Source: Candidatus Hermodarchaeota archaeon (GTDB taxonomy: Archaea; Asgardarchaeota; Lokiarchaeia; Sigyniarchaeales; SOKP01). From it: DNA of 42,010 nt. The position numbers and the translations under genes were made by a program. Under the pieces are notes generated by a model, which was given only the letters and a program-made list of their open reading frames with translations, made no database searches and was not told the origin of the DNA. The stretch is from the NCBI GenBank assembly GCA_048885525.1, contig JBHLLP010000031.1, positions 1 to 42,010 of the forward strand, written 5' to 3'. Positions 28,392 through 38,925 of the stretch are shown here, one piece after another. How positions within the stretch are numbered: the first letter of the stretch is position 1; each line of letters begins with the position of its first letter.

Positions 28392-30380
28392 ATGTTTTTG
28401 ACTTCTTTAAATGTTAAATTAGAAAATTTTGAAGAAGAATGTATAAATAGTATTGAATCAATTTTCGACGCTTATTTTTTACTCTCAAAAGAAAATACTG
28501 TTTTGGGTTATAGGATCAAAGATGAACTTCTTAATATTTATTTCGGTAAGGAAAGACTTCAAGGTGAAGATTTTTTGAATTTATTAAGATCCTATAATCA
28601 ACAAAAGAGTATTAAAGAATTAAAACAAAGAATTTTAGAAAATGAAGCTCAATTATTTGAGTTTAATATAAATGTAAATGATCGAGAAGGATACTATAAT
28701 ATTTTTATTTTTAATTTAGCTAATGACCAAAAACTCATTAATTTTCTGAATACTGATGATCAAAAGAAAATTGAGTTTGATTTAGCTGAAGAGAGAAACA
28801 CATTAAAAAATATAATTGAATTAAATCCTTATGCTATCGAAATAAAGGACATAGAAGGACGACATGTTAGTGCGAATAAAGCATTTATAGATATGTTTAA
28901 ATCAGTTGCTCCACCCGAATATTCTATCTTTACAGATCCTCATATTAAAAAAAGAGGATTACTTGATAAAATTTTAAAATTAAGGGAAGGAAAGGTAATA
29001 AGAATGGGAGAACATTGGTATGATCCTCGTGATTCCGCAATTGAAGCTGGTCTTAATTTAAAAGATGTTCCCAGTTCATTAATATGTCATAAAGCTGTTG
29101 CTTTTCCAATTTTTGACAGATGGGGCAGAATTAAGAATTATATTATGATGCATGAAGATATTACCAAACGAAAAATAGCAGAAAAAAGATTAGAAGAATC
29201 CGAAAAAATGTATAGAGATTTATTTAATAATACCCCCTATGCAATTTGGCTTGTAAATTTACAAGGTAAAATTGTTGATTGTAATGAAACGATGGATAAA
29301 TTCATGTCAGTATTTACACATACTGATTTAATTGGAAAACCATTCAGGGATGTGCTTAAAATGTTTTCACGCAAAGGGGATCCTAGGTTTGAAAATTTAA
29401 CACAAGTTTTTAAAGAGCGATTTAAGATTTTAATTAAAAATGGATATTTAGAACCTATAGAATTTGAGATATCAAGAGGCGATGGAAAAACATTTTGGAT
29501 AACTTTAGAAAGCTCTTTCGTAACGATTGGTAAGGAAAAACTAATTCAACTATTTATAAAGGATATTACAAAGAGAAAATTAGCGGAAATTGAATTAGAT
29601 GGTTTAAGGAAGGATTTAGAAGATAGAGTTAGAGAGAGAACTATCAAATTGGAAAATTCAGAAAAAAAGTATCGTGAAGCATACAGTAGAGCAGACTGTT
29701 ATAAAGGATTATTTACCCACGATATTTCTAACATTTTTCAAACAATTGGAAATTCCATGGAATTAAGTCAACTTCTTTTAGAGGAAGATTTTAATAAAAA
29801 CGAAATGCTTGAATATTATGAAATAGTTAACAAACAAATTAAACGAGGGAAAAATCTAATAGCTAATGTAAGAAATCTTTCTGAAATTGAAGAATCTGAG
29901 ATGCCTTTAGTCTCTACGGAAATCTTTGAGAAATTAAATAATGCAATCCAATTTGTTAGGGTAAATTTTCAAGATCGAGAAATTAAAATTAATCTAAAAA
30001 GTGATAAAAATAAGATTCATGTAATAGCAAATGATTTATTACTTGATGTATTTGAAAATATTCTTATTAACTCAGCTCGTTATAACAATAATGAATGTAT
30101 TGAGATTGAAATTAGTATTTCAAGAGTTGAAGAAAATGATAAGGTTTACATCAAAATAGAATTTAAAGATAATGGAATTGGTATTGATGACAATAGAAAA
30201 AAACTAATATTTAAAAAAAATAATAAGAAATTATTAGGATCTAAAGGTATGGGGCTTGGACTTTCTCTTGTAGCAAAACTTTTAGATCTATGCGACGGTA
30301 AAATCTGGGTTGAAGATAGAATTAAAGGTGATTATACTCAAGGAACTAATTTTGTTCTTCTAATACCAGAAGCAGGATAA
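28392..30380 (+). CDS. Cytoplasmic multi-PAS sensor histidine kinase
   Basis: PAS/PAC ends EDITKRK and KDITKRK; H-box FTHDISN; N-box ENILINS; DNGIGI; GMGLGL. No TM seen. Start 28392 or 28398 after GGAGGGGTG. Confidence 0.92.
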   Translation: MFLTSLNVKLENFEEECINSIESIFDAYFLLSKENTVLGYRIKDELLNIYFGKERLQGEDFLNLLRSYNQQKSIKELKQRILENEAQLFEFNINVNDREGYYNIFIFNLANDQKLINFLNTDDQKKIEFDLAEERNTLKNIIELNPYAIEIKDIEGRHVSANKAFIDMFKSVAPPEYSIFTDPHIKKRGLLDKILKLREGKVIRMGEHWYDPRDSAIEAGLNLKDVPSSLICHKAVAFPIFDRWGRIKNYIMMHEDITKRKIAEKRLEESEKMYRDLFNNTPYAIWLVNLQGKIVDCNETMDKFMSVFTHTDLIGKPFRDVLKMFSRKGDPRFENLTQVFKERFKILIKNGYLEPIEFEISRGDGKTFWITLESSFVTIGKEKLIQLFIKDITKRKLAEIELDGLRKDLEDRVRERTIKLENSEKKYREAYSRADCYKGLFTHDISNIFQTIGNSMELSQLLLEEDFNKNEMLEYYEIVNKQIKRGKNLIANVRNLSEIEESEMPLVSTEIFEKLNNAIQFVRVNFQDREIKINLKSDKNKIHVIANDLLLDVFENILINSARYNNNECIEIEISISRVEENDKVYIKIEFKDNGIGIDDNRKKLIFKKNNKKLLGSKGMGLGLSLVAKLLDLCDGKIWVEDRIKGDYTQGTNFVLLIPEAG

Positions 30381-30466
30381 TTTTAAAATCAAAATAAAAT
30401 TCATAAATTTTAATAGACCAAAACCTGAATAATTAATAAATCAAAAATTTAATAATATATTCAAAA

Positions 30467-31291
30467 ATGAATGAAAAAGTTCCTAAAAGAGATAAATCGA
30501 AGAAGGAATTAAAATGGTATACTTATGTAGATTCAGAACTCGATAATAAACTAAAAAATTTCATGGACGAACATAACATTAAAAAGCAAGCACAAATAAT
30601 AAGAGATTGTGTAAATTCCTATATAGATTATGTAAAACATGTTTTACAAAAACCTTTTGAAAAAAGAGAATATGATGAGATATACATCAATAAATATATT
30701 ATAGAAGCTATTGACCTTTATGATATAAACAAGACTCTTTTTGAAGATCTAAAACAGAGACTTTCACCTCTGAAAGTTTCAATTCTTATGTTGAGTAATT
30801 CTTTAAACGATCCAAATAAATTAACCGAAAGTATTGGAAATATAGAAAATGCATTAAAAGAATTAGAAGAGTTCATAAAAAGACGTTTTGAAGAACCAAA
30901 ACTGATCAGTCATGTGAAAAAAATTGATATTTTATACATTGAAGATAATGAATTAGAACGAAAAACAGTCGAAGTTTATTTCAAGAGAAAGGGGATGGAT
31001 ATTAAAGCTATAGAAACTTCTGAAGAAGGACTCGAAATTTTGAAAATTTTTACTCCTCGAGTATTTTTATTAGATATAGATTTAAAAACTAGTAATATTA
31101 ATGGAGATAAATTTTGTCAGTTATTAAAATCTAAAACTCAGTATCGTTCAATTCCAATAATATTAATATCTGCTGTTGTTACTGAAAACGAAAAAAAAGA
31201 AATATTAACATTAACTGGTGCAGATGATCTTATAATCAAACCTATCGACAAATTAGCCGATTTAGATGTTCTACTCGAATACCTAAGATAG
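30467..31291 (+). CDS. Response regulator: N-terminal RHH-like domain, degenerate HisKA-like helices, C-terminal receiver
   Basis: WYTYVDSELDNKLKNFMDEHNIKKQAQIIRDCVNSY (RHH-like). Receiver motifs ILYIEDN, FLLDIDL, ILISA and IIKP. Confidence 0.8.
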   Translation: MNEKVPKRDKSKKELKWYTYVDSELDNKLKNFMDEHNIKKQAQIIRDCVNSYIDYVKHVLQKPFEKREYDEIYINKYIIEAIDLYDINKTLFEDLKQRLSPLKVSILMLSNSLNDPNKLTESIGNIENALKELEEFIKRRFEEPKLISHVKKIDILYIEDNELERKTVEVYFKRKGMDIKAIETSEEGLEILKIFTPRVFLLDIDLKTSNINGDKFCQLLKSKTQYRSIPIILISAVVTENEKKEILTLTGADDLIIKPIDKLADLDVLLEYLR

Positions 31292-31450
31292 AATATTCTA
31301 TTTTTATATGATATTTATAAGTGTTATAATATCAAAAAGCACAGAGGTATAACTAATTTATATAATTTATACTCATCCTTGCTTTCTGATAAATCTCTTT
31401 TGCTCTTCTTTTTCTAAAATATTTTAGGTTATTCAATATTTTAAAGACAT

Positions 31451-32470
31451 GTGGTACAAGTGAAAAAAAAGTTAAATATTAATAGAAAGCAAGAAATCAT
31501 TGCCTATCCGTTGTTAATCTTAACTATGGTCATTTGGGGCGGTACATGGCCATTAGGTCGATGGTTAGTATCAGAAGAAGTAGGCGGTGAAACAATCCCA
31601 CCATTCATGATAGCCGCGATTCGTTATTTTTTAGCAATAATTTGCTTTTTTATAATTCTTAGATTTAAAGAAGGAAAGATAAATTGGCAATTTGCTAAAG
31701 AAAATTGGAAATTATTAGTATTAATGGGTTTATTTTCTGTAACTATTTATCAAGCAGGTTATCTGATAGGTGAAATATTCACTGCAGCAAGTGATGCTAG
31801 TATAATGGTTGCAACAAATGCTATTTGGGTAGTAATTCTTTCCAGTATATTTTTAAAAACAGAATTTTTTACCTGGAAAAAAGCGGCTGGAACTATACTA
31901 TCATTCTTAGCAGTTATTATGATTGTAGGGTTTTCTCCGAATGTAGATGTCCCGAATCGGATTCTTGGAGATGTCTTAATATTAATAGCGGCATTTGCTT
32001 ATGCTACATATACTGTTACTTTACGCTATTTTTTGAATAAGACGAAAAGAAAGGCAGAATCATATCAACCAAGCTCTATATGGATAATGACATGGGTATC
32101 CTTTTTTGGATTTTTAGCGACTACTCCAATAGCGTTTATTATCAGTCCTGAATTTCTTAATCCATTTGAGTACATTTTAATACCTCCCAGAGTATGGATA
32201 GGAATTGCTTATTTAGCATTTTTATCAACAGTGGGGGCATATACGTTCTACTTGGAAGGAGTAAAACGTTTAGATGCGAGTAGAGCTGCAATTTTTCAAG
32301 CATTGGTTCCTTTATTTGGTGTACTTTTTTCCGCGATATTCCTTCAAGAAAATTTTGATATTCTAATTTTCCCCATTTCTTTATCACTTGTTATTTTGGG
32401 AATAACTCTTGTTAACCTTAAAAATCTAAGAATTAAACGAGAAAAACAATTTAAGAATGAAAACAACTAA
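31451..32470 (+). CDS. DMT/EamA family transporter
   Basis: IWGGTW, AAIRY, LGDVLILIAAFAYATY and AIFLQE; about 10 TM. Confidence 0.9.
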   Translation: MVQVKKKLNINRKQEIIAYPLLILTMVIWGGTWPLGRWLVSEEVGGETIPPFMIAAIRYFLAIICFFIILRFKEGKINWQFAKENWKLLVLMGLFSVTIYQAGYLIGEIFTAASDASIMVATNAIWVVILSSIFLKTEFFTWKKAAGTILSFLAVIMIVGFSPNVDVPNRILGDVLILIAAFAYATYTVTLRYFLNKTKRKAESYQPSSIWIMTWVSFFGFLATTPIAFIISPEFLNPFEYILIPPRVWIGIAYLAFLSTVGAYTFYLEGVKRLDASRAAIFQALVPLFGVLFSAIFLQENFDILIFPISLSLVILGITLVNLKNLRIKREKQFKNENN

Positions 32471-32626
32471 TTTCGATTATTTTCTTTAGATCTTTTTTTA
32501 AATATTGTCTTATATCTGAAAAAAGAACTTAGTGAATTACAATTATTTTAAAAAAATCACTTTTAAATTTTAATAAATCATCAACTACATGTTTTTATAT
32601 TCTTGTTTTTTTATATTCCAAAGATA

Positions 32627-32974
32627 ATGAATGAGATTAAGGATTATTATGAGCTTTTAGGGATTGATAAAGATTCAACAGAAGAGGACATCAAAATAGC
32701 ATATAGAAAATTAGCTAAAAAATATCATCCTGATCTCAATAAAACTGATCCTCAAGCAAAAGAGAAATTTATTGAAATAAAGGAAGCTTACGACACGTTA
32801 ATAGATCCCATAAAACGTAAGACCTATGATCAGCTAAAGAATAATCCTCAAACATTCGATTGGAGTGATCTTTATAGAACAACAGATTTTAGTTTTTTTA
32901 GGGAAATATTGAGGGAAATTTATAGAAACAGAACTCCTTATTACAAACCTCCTCCTGAAGGTATGTACGTCTAA
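32627..32974 (+). CDS. Stand-alone J-domain protein (type III DnaJ-like)
   Basis: KDYYELLG...[14 protein letters not shown]...EAYDTL.DP.KRKTYD; no Zn-finger or substrate domain. Likely start at ATG 32627. Confidence 0.9.
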   Translation: MNEIKDYYELLGIDKDSTEEDIKIAYRKLAKKYHPDLNKTDPQAKEKFIEIKEAYDTLIDPIKRKTYDQLKNNPQTFDWSDLYRTTDFSFFREILREIYRNRTPYYKPPPEGMYV

Positions 32975-33063
32975 ATTATGGCATAAAAATCATAAAATAA
33001 GCTTGCTAATTCTTGAATTTGTAAAAAAAAAACAAATTAAAATAAAAATATTTTACTATAATT

Positions 33064-33189
33064 ATGACAGAAGTTATTTCAGAAATGGGAAATTGTAGTG
33101 AATGTGGAGCAGAAATTGACCTTGCTGAAGCTTGGAGGGTAGATGAGAAATACTACTGCCAAACTTGTTTTGAGAAATTGAACCTCTAA
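33064..33189 (+). CDS. 41-aa CxxC...CxxC zinc-finger microprotein (not in the track)
   Basis: MTEVISEMGNCSECGAEIDLAEAWRVDEKYYCQTCFEKLNL*. Confidence 0.75.
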   Translation: MTEVISEMGNCSECGAEIDLAEAWRVDEKYYCQTCFEKLNL

Positions 33190-33322
33190 GTACACCCCAT
33201 TAAATCTTAAAATTTCTTCATATCCCATTTAATTTATGAAATTCTCATAAAATTACTTTATTTCAAGAAATCTCCCCTGAATATGGTCTAATTATTATTA
33301 TATCTAGGGATGATATGGAGAT

Positions 33323-34141
33323 TTATTTCAGAGAATATTCAACTCTATCCAACCAATCATTTGTTAAAGCATTAAAAAGTTCTTCTTGCTCAATTTGAGG
33401 TATATGTCCTGCGTGATCTAATATAGCAAACGTAGCTCTTGGATAATTTTCTATAATGTTCCATGCATCTCGATACCCAACGACAGAATCTTGTCTCCCT
33501 AGCAGGAATAAAGCTGGTTTATCAAAAGATTTATTTAAATTTACATCAAAAGAAAATGCATGATTCTCCCTTACTTTTTCTAAGAATTGCATGTCGGCAA
33601 TTGTAATACCTGATATTCCTTCTTCTTTACCTCTTTCCAATACTTTATGGTTAATAATTGTTGACACATCTTCAAAAATTTCTCTCTCAAAAGGACTTAA
33701 TTTAGAAATTAATTCCTCATCTTTTACTAAGATAATATGTTCTGGCAAATCTCGCTGTTCCTCATAAGGTAAGATAGCAGGTACTAGATATAAAACGCCA
33801 TCTATCATACTTTGTTTTTTCTTGATCAATCCTCTTGCTAAATATCCCCCATATGATTCCCCCACAATAATGAAATTCTCATCGGGAATAACAGATTCCA
33901 CGAATTCAATGATAATTTTAAGATAATCATCAGTACCTTTAATCCAATCCTCTCCCTTAGTTTTCCCCATTCCGGGTAGATCAAAATAAATCCTTTTATA
34001 GTTAGGTCTATTTTCAAATATAGGTTCCATACATCCCTTCATAATTCGATGATCTACAGGCCATCCATGGATCATTAATACGGGATACCCTTCACCATGA
34101 ATTTCATAGTAAACTGTTATATTCTCAAGTTTGCATTCCAT
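33323..34141 (-). CDS. Alpha/beta hydrolase
   Basis: IHGWP, DLPGMGKT, GESYGG, GRQD and AGHIPQIE. Likely start at ATG 34141. Confidence 0.9.
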   Translation of the reverse strand: MECKLENITVYYEIHGEGYPVLMIHGWPVDHRIMKGCMEPIFENRPNYKRIYFDLPGMGKTKGEDWIKGTDDYLKIIIEFVESVIPDENFIIVGESYGGYLARGLIKKKQSMIDGVLYLVPAILPYEEQRDLPEHIILVKDEELISKLSPFEREIFEDVSTIINHKVLERGKEEGISGITIADMQFLEKVRENHAFSFDVNLNKSFDKPALFLLGRQDSVVGYRDAWNIIENYPRATFAILDHAGHIPQIEQEELFNALTNDWLDRVEYSLK

Positions 34142-34295
34142 TTTAATCAATAAATCCAATTTTAATTAGTTGAAAGCTAATCCAATTTGATTTTTATAAT
34201 ATAAAAAGAATGACACATTTTTCAATGATTTTTTTTTATGCGAGCTAAAACAATCTTAATTGACTAATTATTGAAAAAAAAAAATATTTTAAAAC

Positions 34296-37200
34296 CTATT
34301 CTGGTGTTGCTCGTTTTTTCATAAAAATGTAGACACCAGCGATTACTGCGACTCCTCCGACTACAGAAACAACAACTATAATTATGATAATAGTTGGATC
34401 TACTCCAGCGGGTGGAATCCTTTTCGTTATCGTTACGTCTTCAAAAGAGAGATTTCCTAAAGTATCATTAGCATAGAAGGTTATAGTGATTGAACCTTCC
34501 GATAAATCTGCCCATGCTGCTTGGTTAATAGTATCATTCGTAGTAATGACAAAAGTGGTTAATCCTCCATCAAGAGAATACCACACTGAGTCCAAGTGGT
34601 CATCTGTTATTGTAATTATGAAAGAGGGGGCAGTAACTCCAAACTCAGCTCCAGGAGATGGTGTATTGATAACGATATTTGGCCCTGTTGTATCTTTTTC
34701 TATATTTATATCAGCAAATCCAATAATTCCTCCTAGATCTGAAGCATAAAATGTGAGCGTAATAGTATCATCAGACATAGCATCCCACGCTGACTGATCT
34801 ATAGTTCCAGTAAATTCAGTAAATGTATAATTATGTAAACCGCCATCAAGAGTATACCACATCTCATCCAAATAATCATCAGTTATTGTTACATTGTAAG
34901 CAGGGGCATTGGTTCCAAATAAATCATCATCAACAGGAGAATTAACAATTACAGTGGGAGGAGTATCATCAGCTATAGGCAGATAGTCTTTATTCCCCGC
35001 AGATCCACTTATATTATAAGGGATGTCTACGATTCCAAAAGGCGATTCATCATCTGGACGAGTCCAATTATCCCAGTAATTTCCAATTGTCGTACTGTTC
35101 CAATAGTTATCAGTTCCGTCATCAATTGCATGTCTTCCATTTTTAAGAAAGAGATTATTATAAACTGTGTTGTTGCTACAATATGAATCAAATTTTAATC
35201 CGAAATCATTGTTTTTAATAATGTTTCCAGAGATTACATTGAAATGGCAGTCACCTTCAAATTGAATTCCATATTCGTTATTATCTATAGTGTTTGCTAA
35301 AAATGTATTATTATAACTACTATCACGGTCACCACCAGATAGAAATATCCCTGTAACACCGTTATATAATGCTATATTGTGTGAAATAGTATTATTATCG
35401 CATAGATCTTGAAGAAATATTCCATTATTTGTATTGTTATTTACGGTATTTTCAATGAGTATATTAAAATCGCAATCGTTTCCAAGGACGATCCCAGTAT
35501 GTTCATTAAAAGTTACCACATTTCTTGTAATGTTATTAAAATCACAATTACTACCTAGATAAATCCCCCTGAAATTTAAGGAACAATTATTTTCTATTAA
35601 AGTCCCATTACTAACAGTTTCTAACTTGATTCCCGCTTCTGAATTGTAGAAAATGCAATTAGTAACAATGAAATGAACGTTTGAGTTAATTATTTCCATA
35701 GCGTTTGTCATTGCAAAACCGTCTCTGGTAATATTTTCTATGATATATGGTTGGCTTTCTGTTCCTGATCCGGAACACCATGGTTGGCTTTCTGCCCATG
35801 TCCAATTTTGTGCTCCAACACCAGTAGCAGAGCCATTAATAAAGATTGGTAGCTCTTTATATGACTCAGAACATGTATTATTATCTATAATATTACCTGT
35901 ACACCCAAGTTCAAAAATACACATTCCATTATCTAATAATATATTATCTGAGATTGTGTTGTTATTGCAATTTTCTTTAAGCCCTATTCCTAAATTGTTT
36001 CTATTTATCGTATTGTTTTTGATTGCGTTGTTTTCACATCCGTCATCTAGAGCGCCTTCTCCATAAAGGTATATTCCGATCTGTACGTTATCATTTATAG
36101 TGTTTCCTGTGATATTATTATAATCAGCATTGGCAAAATGTATATATATACCAATGGCACCATTATGATTAACCGTGTTATTGATGATTTTAGTATTATC
36201 CGAATGATATAATTCTATTCCATATTTTGTATTTTCAGTTGCGATATTATTGATAAGAGTATTATGATCAGCTCCATTGTATGGAGATATTCCCGCAACC
36301 CCATTACGTCTAGCGGTATTATTTATAATATTATTAAAAAAAGCGCCACCCTCTATGAAAATCCCATAATATCGGTTATCATTTACTATATTTCCCGTGA
36401 AATTGTTATAATCACACCCTTTATTATATATTCCATCATCCGAGTTATCATTTACTTTATTGTTTATAATTTTATTATTAGTGCAATCTAAAGTCATCCG
36501 ATTCAATAAAATTCCCCATTTATTGTTGTTTGCAGTATTGTTAACAATTTCATTCTGATCGCAACCGTCATTCAAACTTATCCCTGAATCTCCATTATTA
36601 TTTGCGGTACTTTCCGTAATATTATTATAATCACTTTGGTATAAATATATGCCATGCTGTGTATTGTTATTTGCGGTGTTTCCAGAGATATTGTTATTAT
36701 TGCTACTACTTAAAAATATCCCCGTAAGTTGGATAGTAGTGCCATTATTGCCCGCAATATTTTCTGAAATCGTATTACCATCACTATTGTATAAAGAAAT
36801 TCCATATTGTCCATTATTACAAGCAGAATTTTCCGAAATTGTATTATTATCACTAGAAGTTAATTTAATACCATAGAAAGAATCGGGAACTGGAGGGAAA
36901 TTATCATCAGCGATGTTTCCCTTGATTACATTATCATGACTATCCGTTAAGCTTATTCCATAATAATTATTACTCGCATTGTTATTGATGATCTTTGAAT
37001 TATTTACATTCGTGCAATAAATTCCAAAAGTGTTGTTATATAATTTGTTGTTTACTATATTAGCATTAGTAACATTCTCTAATCTGATTCCTGCAAAACT
37101 AGCAATAGGAATATCTTTTAGCGTACAATTCTTAACAGTAAAATGCTTTCTTGAATTTCGAATCGTTAGACAATCTATAGCTGGGGGATAGATAATAGTT

Positions 37201-37466
37201 ATATTTTCTATTATAAAAGGGTATTCTTTTGTACCATTTCCTGCAGTACACCATGGTTGAGCTCTTGCCCACGTCCAATTACCATAAAAGGTTGTATTAG
37301 TAGTCGCTAAATCATCGATTATTATAAAATCAACCATAGCTGAAGTCTTTAGGTTATCAACATTAAGTTTATAATTATTTCTGAAATCCAAATTACCACT
37401 AAGAATTAAAGGAAAAATGAGTAATAGTACAAATAAGATCGCTAAATTTTTTGTTTTTATTTTCAT
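34296..37466 (-). CDS. Large surface glycoprotein: signal peptide, two NosD/parallel beta-helix modules, two Ig-like repeats, C-terminal TM anchor
   Basis: Many NNTISxNTANNN...GI repeats; NWTWAxxQPWC..GxGT cap twice; GNYWD; two WYxLDGG...TFYAxD repeats; TM followed by KKR. Confidence 0.9.
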   Translation of the reverse strand: MKIKTKNLAILFVLLLIFPLILSGNLDFRNNYKLNVDNLKTSAMVDFIIIDDLATTNTTFYGNWTWARAQPWCTAGNGTKEYPFIIENITIIYPPAIDCLTIRNSRKHFTVKNCTLKDIPIASFAGIRLENVTNANIVNNKLYNNTFGIYCTNVNNSKIINNNASNNYYGISLTDSHDNVIKGNIADDNFPPVPDSFYGIKLTSSDNNTISENSACNNGQYGISLYNSDGNTISENIAGNNGTTIQLTGIFLSSSNNNNISGNTANNNTQHGIYLYQSDYNNITESTANNNGDSGISLNDGCDQNEIVNNTANNNKWGILLNRMTLDCTNNKIINNKVNDNSDDGIYNKGCDYNNFTGNIVNDNRYYGIFIEGGAFFNNIINNTARRNGVAGISPYNGADHNTLINNIATENTKYGIELYHSDNTKIINNTVNHNGAIGIYIHFANADYNNITGNTINDNVQIGIYLYGEGALDDGCENNAIKNNTINRNNLGIGLKENCNNNTISDNILLDNGMCIFELGCTGNIIDNNTCSESYKELPIFINGSATGVGAQNWTWAESQPWCSGSGTESQPYIIENITRDGFAMTNAMEIINSNVHFIVTNCIFYNSEAGIKLETVSNGTLIENNCSLNFRGIYLGSNCDFNNITRNVVTFNEHTGIVLGNDCDFNILIENTVNNNTNNGIFLQDLCDNNTISHNIALYNGVTGIFLSGGDRDSSYNNTFLANTIDNNEYGIQFEGDCHFNVISGNIIKNNDFGLKFDSYCSNNTVYNNLFLKNGRHAIDDGTDNYWNSTTIGNYWDNWTRPDDESPFGIVDIPYNISGSAGNKDYLPIADDTPPTVIVNSPVDDDLFGTNAPAYNVTITDDYLDEMWYTLDGGLHNYTFTEFTGTIDQSAWDAMSDDTITLTFYASDLGGIIGFADINIEKDTTGPNIVINTPSPGAEFGVTAPSFIITITDDHLDSVWYSLDGGLTTFVITTNDTINQAAWADLSEGSITITFYANDTLGNLSFEDVTITKRIPPAGVDPTIIIIIVVVSVVGGVAVIAGVYIFMKKRATPE

Positions 37467-37639
37467 ATTCTTATTCCTAAATTTGTTATGATATGATTAG
37501 GTAAGATAAAGATGTATATAACAGTATAGATCTCGTAGTCTTTTCCTGCAATTTTTTTGAATTCTTTTTCTAATGAATTTAATGATTCACTTAAATACTA
37601 TTATTTTCTTTATTATATTGGAAAAGGGGGTGTATTAAG

Positions 37640-38458
37640 TTGAATCAAACCAAATTAAATAAGAAAGATAGTGAAAGTTTACAAAGAATTTGGAAAATTC
37701 GTGATTATATCCAGGAACTTGAGGATGTAAAGGACGAAATTATTGAATTTATAAGCTCTGATGATGATATAGACAATAGTACAAAAAATATTTGGGTTTC
37801 AGATGCAAAAGAATTCTATTTTGGCACAGTGACCGCATGGGAAATGCTTCACTTTACTGTGAGAGGGATAAAGAGCCATCTGAATGATTCAAAAGGCTTT
37901 TTATATCGTGCTAAAAGTTCACTAGCTCAATCTATAAGTGAATTAAAAATATTTGAAGAAGAAAAAAACCTAATGAAATTGATAAAGAAAGCAAAAGTGG
38001 CTTTTGAAAAATGTTGGAATGCTTTTCAAAGCGAATATAAGTTATTGGAACCAGAGATAAAAATAATGAAGCCTGTTCCAAGAGTAATAAAAATATCAAA
38101 GCACGAATACCAACTCCCATGTTCTATTTGTGGTGAAATCGCTGTCGATTATAAAATAGGTGTTGGACAATTTGATAAAGAAGAAAAACTCCTTTATAGA
38201 GGGATTATTTGTGGTACCTCACTTAATAAAGGATTAGCAAATGAATTATTTGAGATATTGGAAAACGAAAATATTGCTGGAGTTCATGAATTTATGAGGA
38301 AGTACCATTCATATGAAGGTTTAGATGCATACTGCCCACAATGTGATAAAATCTATTGTTGGAACCATTACAAATTAGAAGAAGAATGGGATGAGGGTTT
38401 TTATGATTGTACTTATGGAGAATGCCCTAAAGGGCATAAGAGAATGATAGATGATTAA
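37640..38458 (+). CDS. Hypothetical protein with a C-terminal Cys/His-rich (Zn-binding) domain
   Basis: CSIC, YCPQCDKIYCWNH and DCTYGECPKGH. Confidence 0.75.
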   Translation: MNQTKLNKKDSESLQRIWKIRDYIQELEDVKDEIIEFISSDDDIDNSTKNIWVSDAKEFYFGTVTAWEMLHFTVRGIKSHLNDSKGFLYRAKSSLAQSISELKIFEEEKNLMKLIKKAKVAFEKCWNAFQSEYKLLEPEIKIMKPVPRVIKISKHEYQLPCSICGEIAVDYKIGVGQFDKEEKLLYRGIICGTSLNKGLANELFEILENENIAGVHEFMRKYHSYEGLDAYCPQCDKIYCWNHYKLEEEWDEGFYDCTYGECPKGHKRMIDD

Positions 38459-38498
38459 TTAAACAAAATAAAATAATTACTTTTTTTTTTAAAATAAT

Positions 38499-38921
38499 TT
38501 AATCTGAAAACATGCTTTCAGGAAGTATCCAAACAGGGGGATCTCTTTTAAGACCTTTTTCTTTAAGTTTTTGCATCTTATTTTTATAATGATTATAAAA
38601 ATCATGTCCAAAGATACAAATACCATGATCAATAGCATCTAAAATTGATACAACACCTTCATGAAACATTTTATCAAATTCATCTGCTCTATAACAAAAT
38701 GCATCCAACCCTAAAGATAATTTATAATGCTCATAAATAATGCTAGGTCTATGAATAAAAGGTTCTTTAAAGTCTCCAACAAATATTATATCTAGGTCGC
38801 TATTTTCCATAAAATCACTTCTTGCTCTTGATCCAAATAGAATTACGCATTCTAATGATATTTTTTTATTGATATTTCCTGAAAATTTAATTAGATAATC
38901 GTTCAAATCAGTCTCTAGCAT
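38499..38921 (-). CDS. Minimal nucleotidyltransferase (MNT), partner of HEPN
   Basis: VILFGSRARSD and SDLDIIFV. Likely start at ATG 38921. Confidence 0.9.
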   Translation of the reverse strand: MLETDLNDYLIKFSGNINKKISLECVILFGSRARSDFMENSDLDIIFVGDFKEPFIHRPSIIYEHYKLSLGLDAFCYRADEFDKMFHEGVVSILDAIDHGICIFGHDFYNHYKNKMQKLKEKGLKRDPPVWILPESMFSD

Positions 38922-38925
38922 ATCG

